From a virus, in UHGV virus genome UHGV-0338177: a stretch of 5,555 bases of DNA; one strand, given 5' to 3'. The notes under the pieces were generated by a model. It did not search any database. It saw nothing but the letters and a program-made list of their open reading frames with translations, and was not told where the DNA came from. This document shows, piece after piece, positions 5,049 through 5,555 of the stretch; positions within the stretch are counted from its first letter, which is position 1, and every line of letters starts with the position of its first letter. Position numbers and translations under genes: made by a program.

Positions 5049-5555
5049 TTATAGCACTTTTTGGTAAATATTTGCAAAAAAACCACGATTATTTTTCATC
5101 TGTCTTAATTCAACTTGACGAGAATAAGTGTCAAACTTGGATTTACCGACAAATTCAACGGCACTTTGTATATGTCGCAAATAATCAAAATATAAAAAAT
5201 AATCAACAGTATTAGTCCAATCAATAACAGCTTCTGTTCCGTAGGGTCCAACTAACGAATACCTAGGATATAGAGGACGAAAAACGTTCGTTGAAAAAGT
5301 CTCATAAGTCGTTAAAATCTCCTCTAAAAACTCCTGTGTCTTAGCCTTCCAACGAGATTTCAACTCTTCGGAAATTCCTAATAGTTCAGCAATTTTCGTT
5401 TTAATATATCTATCAAGCCTCAAAACCTCACCTTGCCAAACAACTGGCTGAAAATCACCAAATTCTTGATAGTGAGCTAAAAAAGTTTCTTTAAATAATC
5501 GAATAGCAGCGCGAAGGCCTATGCCACGAGAACAGTGTTGAATTCCGTCTTTTCT
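5049..5555 (-). CDS. VP4: Replication initiation protein VP4, C-terminal 168 codons. The ORF is open to the window edge at 5555 and is in frame with the 1..507 part if the molecule is circular.
   Basis: My translation from 5555 is RKDGIQHCSRGIGLRAAIRLFKETFLAHYQEFGDFQPVVWQGEV(L)RLDRYIKTKIAELLGISEELKSRWKAKTQEFLEEILTTYETFSTNVFRPLYPRYSLVGPYGTEAVIDWTNTVDYFLYFDYLRHIQSAVEFVGKSKFDTYSRQVELRQMKNNRGFFANIYQKVL*. The track's 'M' at 5423 is actually a TTG codon; the frame stays open upstream to the window end. Codon phase at 5555 matches codon phase at 1. The 'SRGIG' segment after the catalytic Tyr motif is typical of microvirus Reps. Stop TAA at 5051..5049, 26 nt before the VP1 ATG. Confidence 0.7.
   Translation of the reverse strand, partial: RKDGIQHCSRGIGLRAAIRLFKETFLAHYQEFGDFQPVVWQGEVLRLDRYIKTKIAELLGISEELKSRWKAKTQEFLEEILTTYETFSTNVFRPLYPRYSLVGPYGTEAVIDWTNTVDYFLYFDYLRHIQSAVEFVGKSKFDTYSRQVELRQMKNNRGFFANIYQKVL

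Noticed and set aside
1-5555. tRNA, rRNA, CRISPR repeats, integrase or transposase genes
   Set aside because: No cloverleaf-compatible segment, no repeat-spacer array and no tyrosine/serine recombinase or transposase motif was seen on either strand. The coding capacity is fully accounted for by the microvirus genes.

Overview
The window reads as a complete or near-complete Microviridae (gokushovirus-like) ssDNA phage genome, shown as its complementary strand. Every convincing gene is on the minus strand, packed head-to-tail with Shine-Dalgarno sites and overlapping stop/start codons. Three genes are recognisable from motifs I can see directly. The first is the major capsid protein VP1 (604 aa), with the microvirus N-terminus 'MKRSKFNLSHRHHT..MGKLIPF'. 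The second is the DNA-pilot protein VP2 (301 aa), with a Gly-rich N-terminus and an 'AGVNPIYG' motif. The third is the rolling-circle replication initiator VP4, which is split across the two ends of the window. Its 1..507 part carries the motifs 'HLTLTY', 'HYHVLLF' and 'YVSQYVLK'. Its reading frame continues seamlessly into the open frame at 5555..5049, so the 5,555-nt window looks like one circular genome cut inside the Rep gene. Four further genes are likely real, judged from SD sites and coupling. They are a 57-aa basic protein TGATG-coupled to VP4 (J/VP8-like DNA-binding candidate), a 161-aa Arg/Lys-rich protein, a 154-aa protein with an extreme Asp/Glu/Tyr-rich tail, and a two-gene mini-cassette inside the intergenic region. 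That cassette is a 28-aa hydrophobic peptide with a strong SD, ATGA-coupled to a 69-aa Trp-rich protein. The only large non-coding region (2076..2409, continuing to 2723 if the cassette is discounted) has unusual structure. It holds a GC-rich island (about 59% GC against roughly 37% overall) with nested and tandem hairpins. It also holds several A/T-tract hairpins, and a palindrome overlapping the SD of the 161-aa gene. I see no tRNA, rRNA, CRISPR array, integrase or transposase. I recognise no VP3, VP5 or lysis enzyme by sequence, and the gene order (VP4-VP1-acidic-IGR-basic-VP2-small-VP4) is not the canonical gokushovirus VP1-VP2-VP3 order. All functional calls beyond VP1, VP2 and VP4 are inference.
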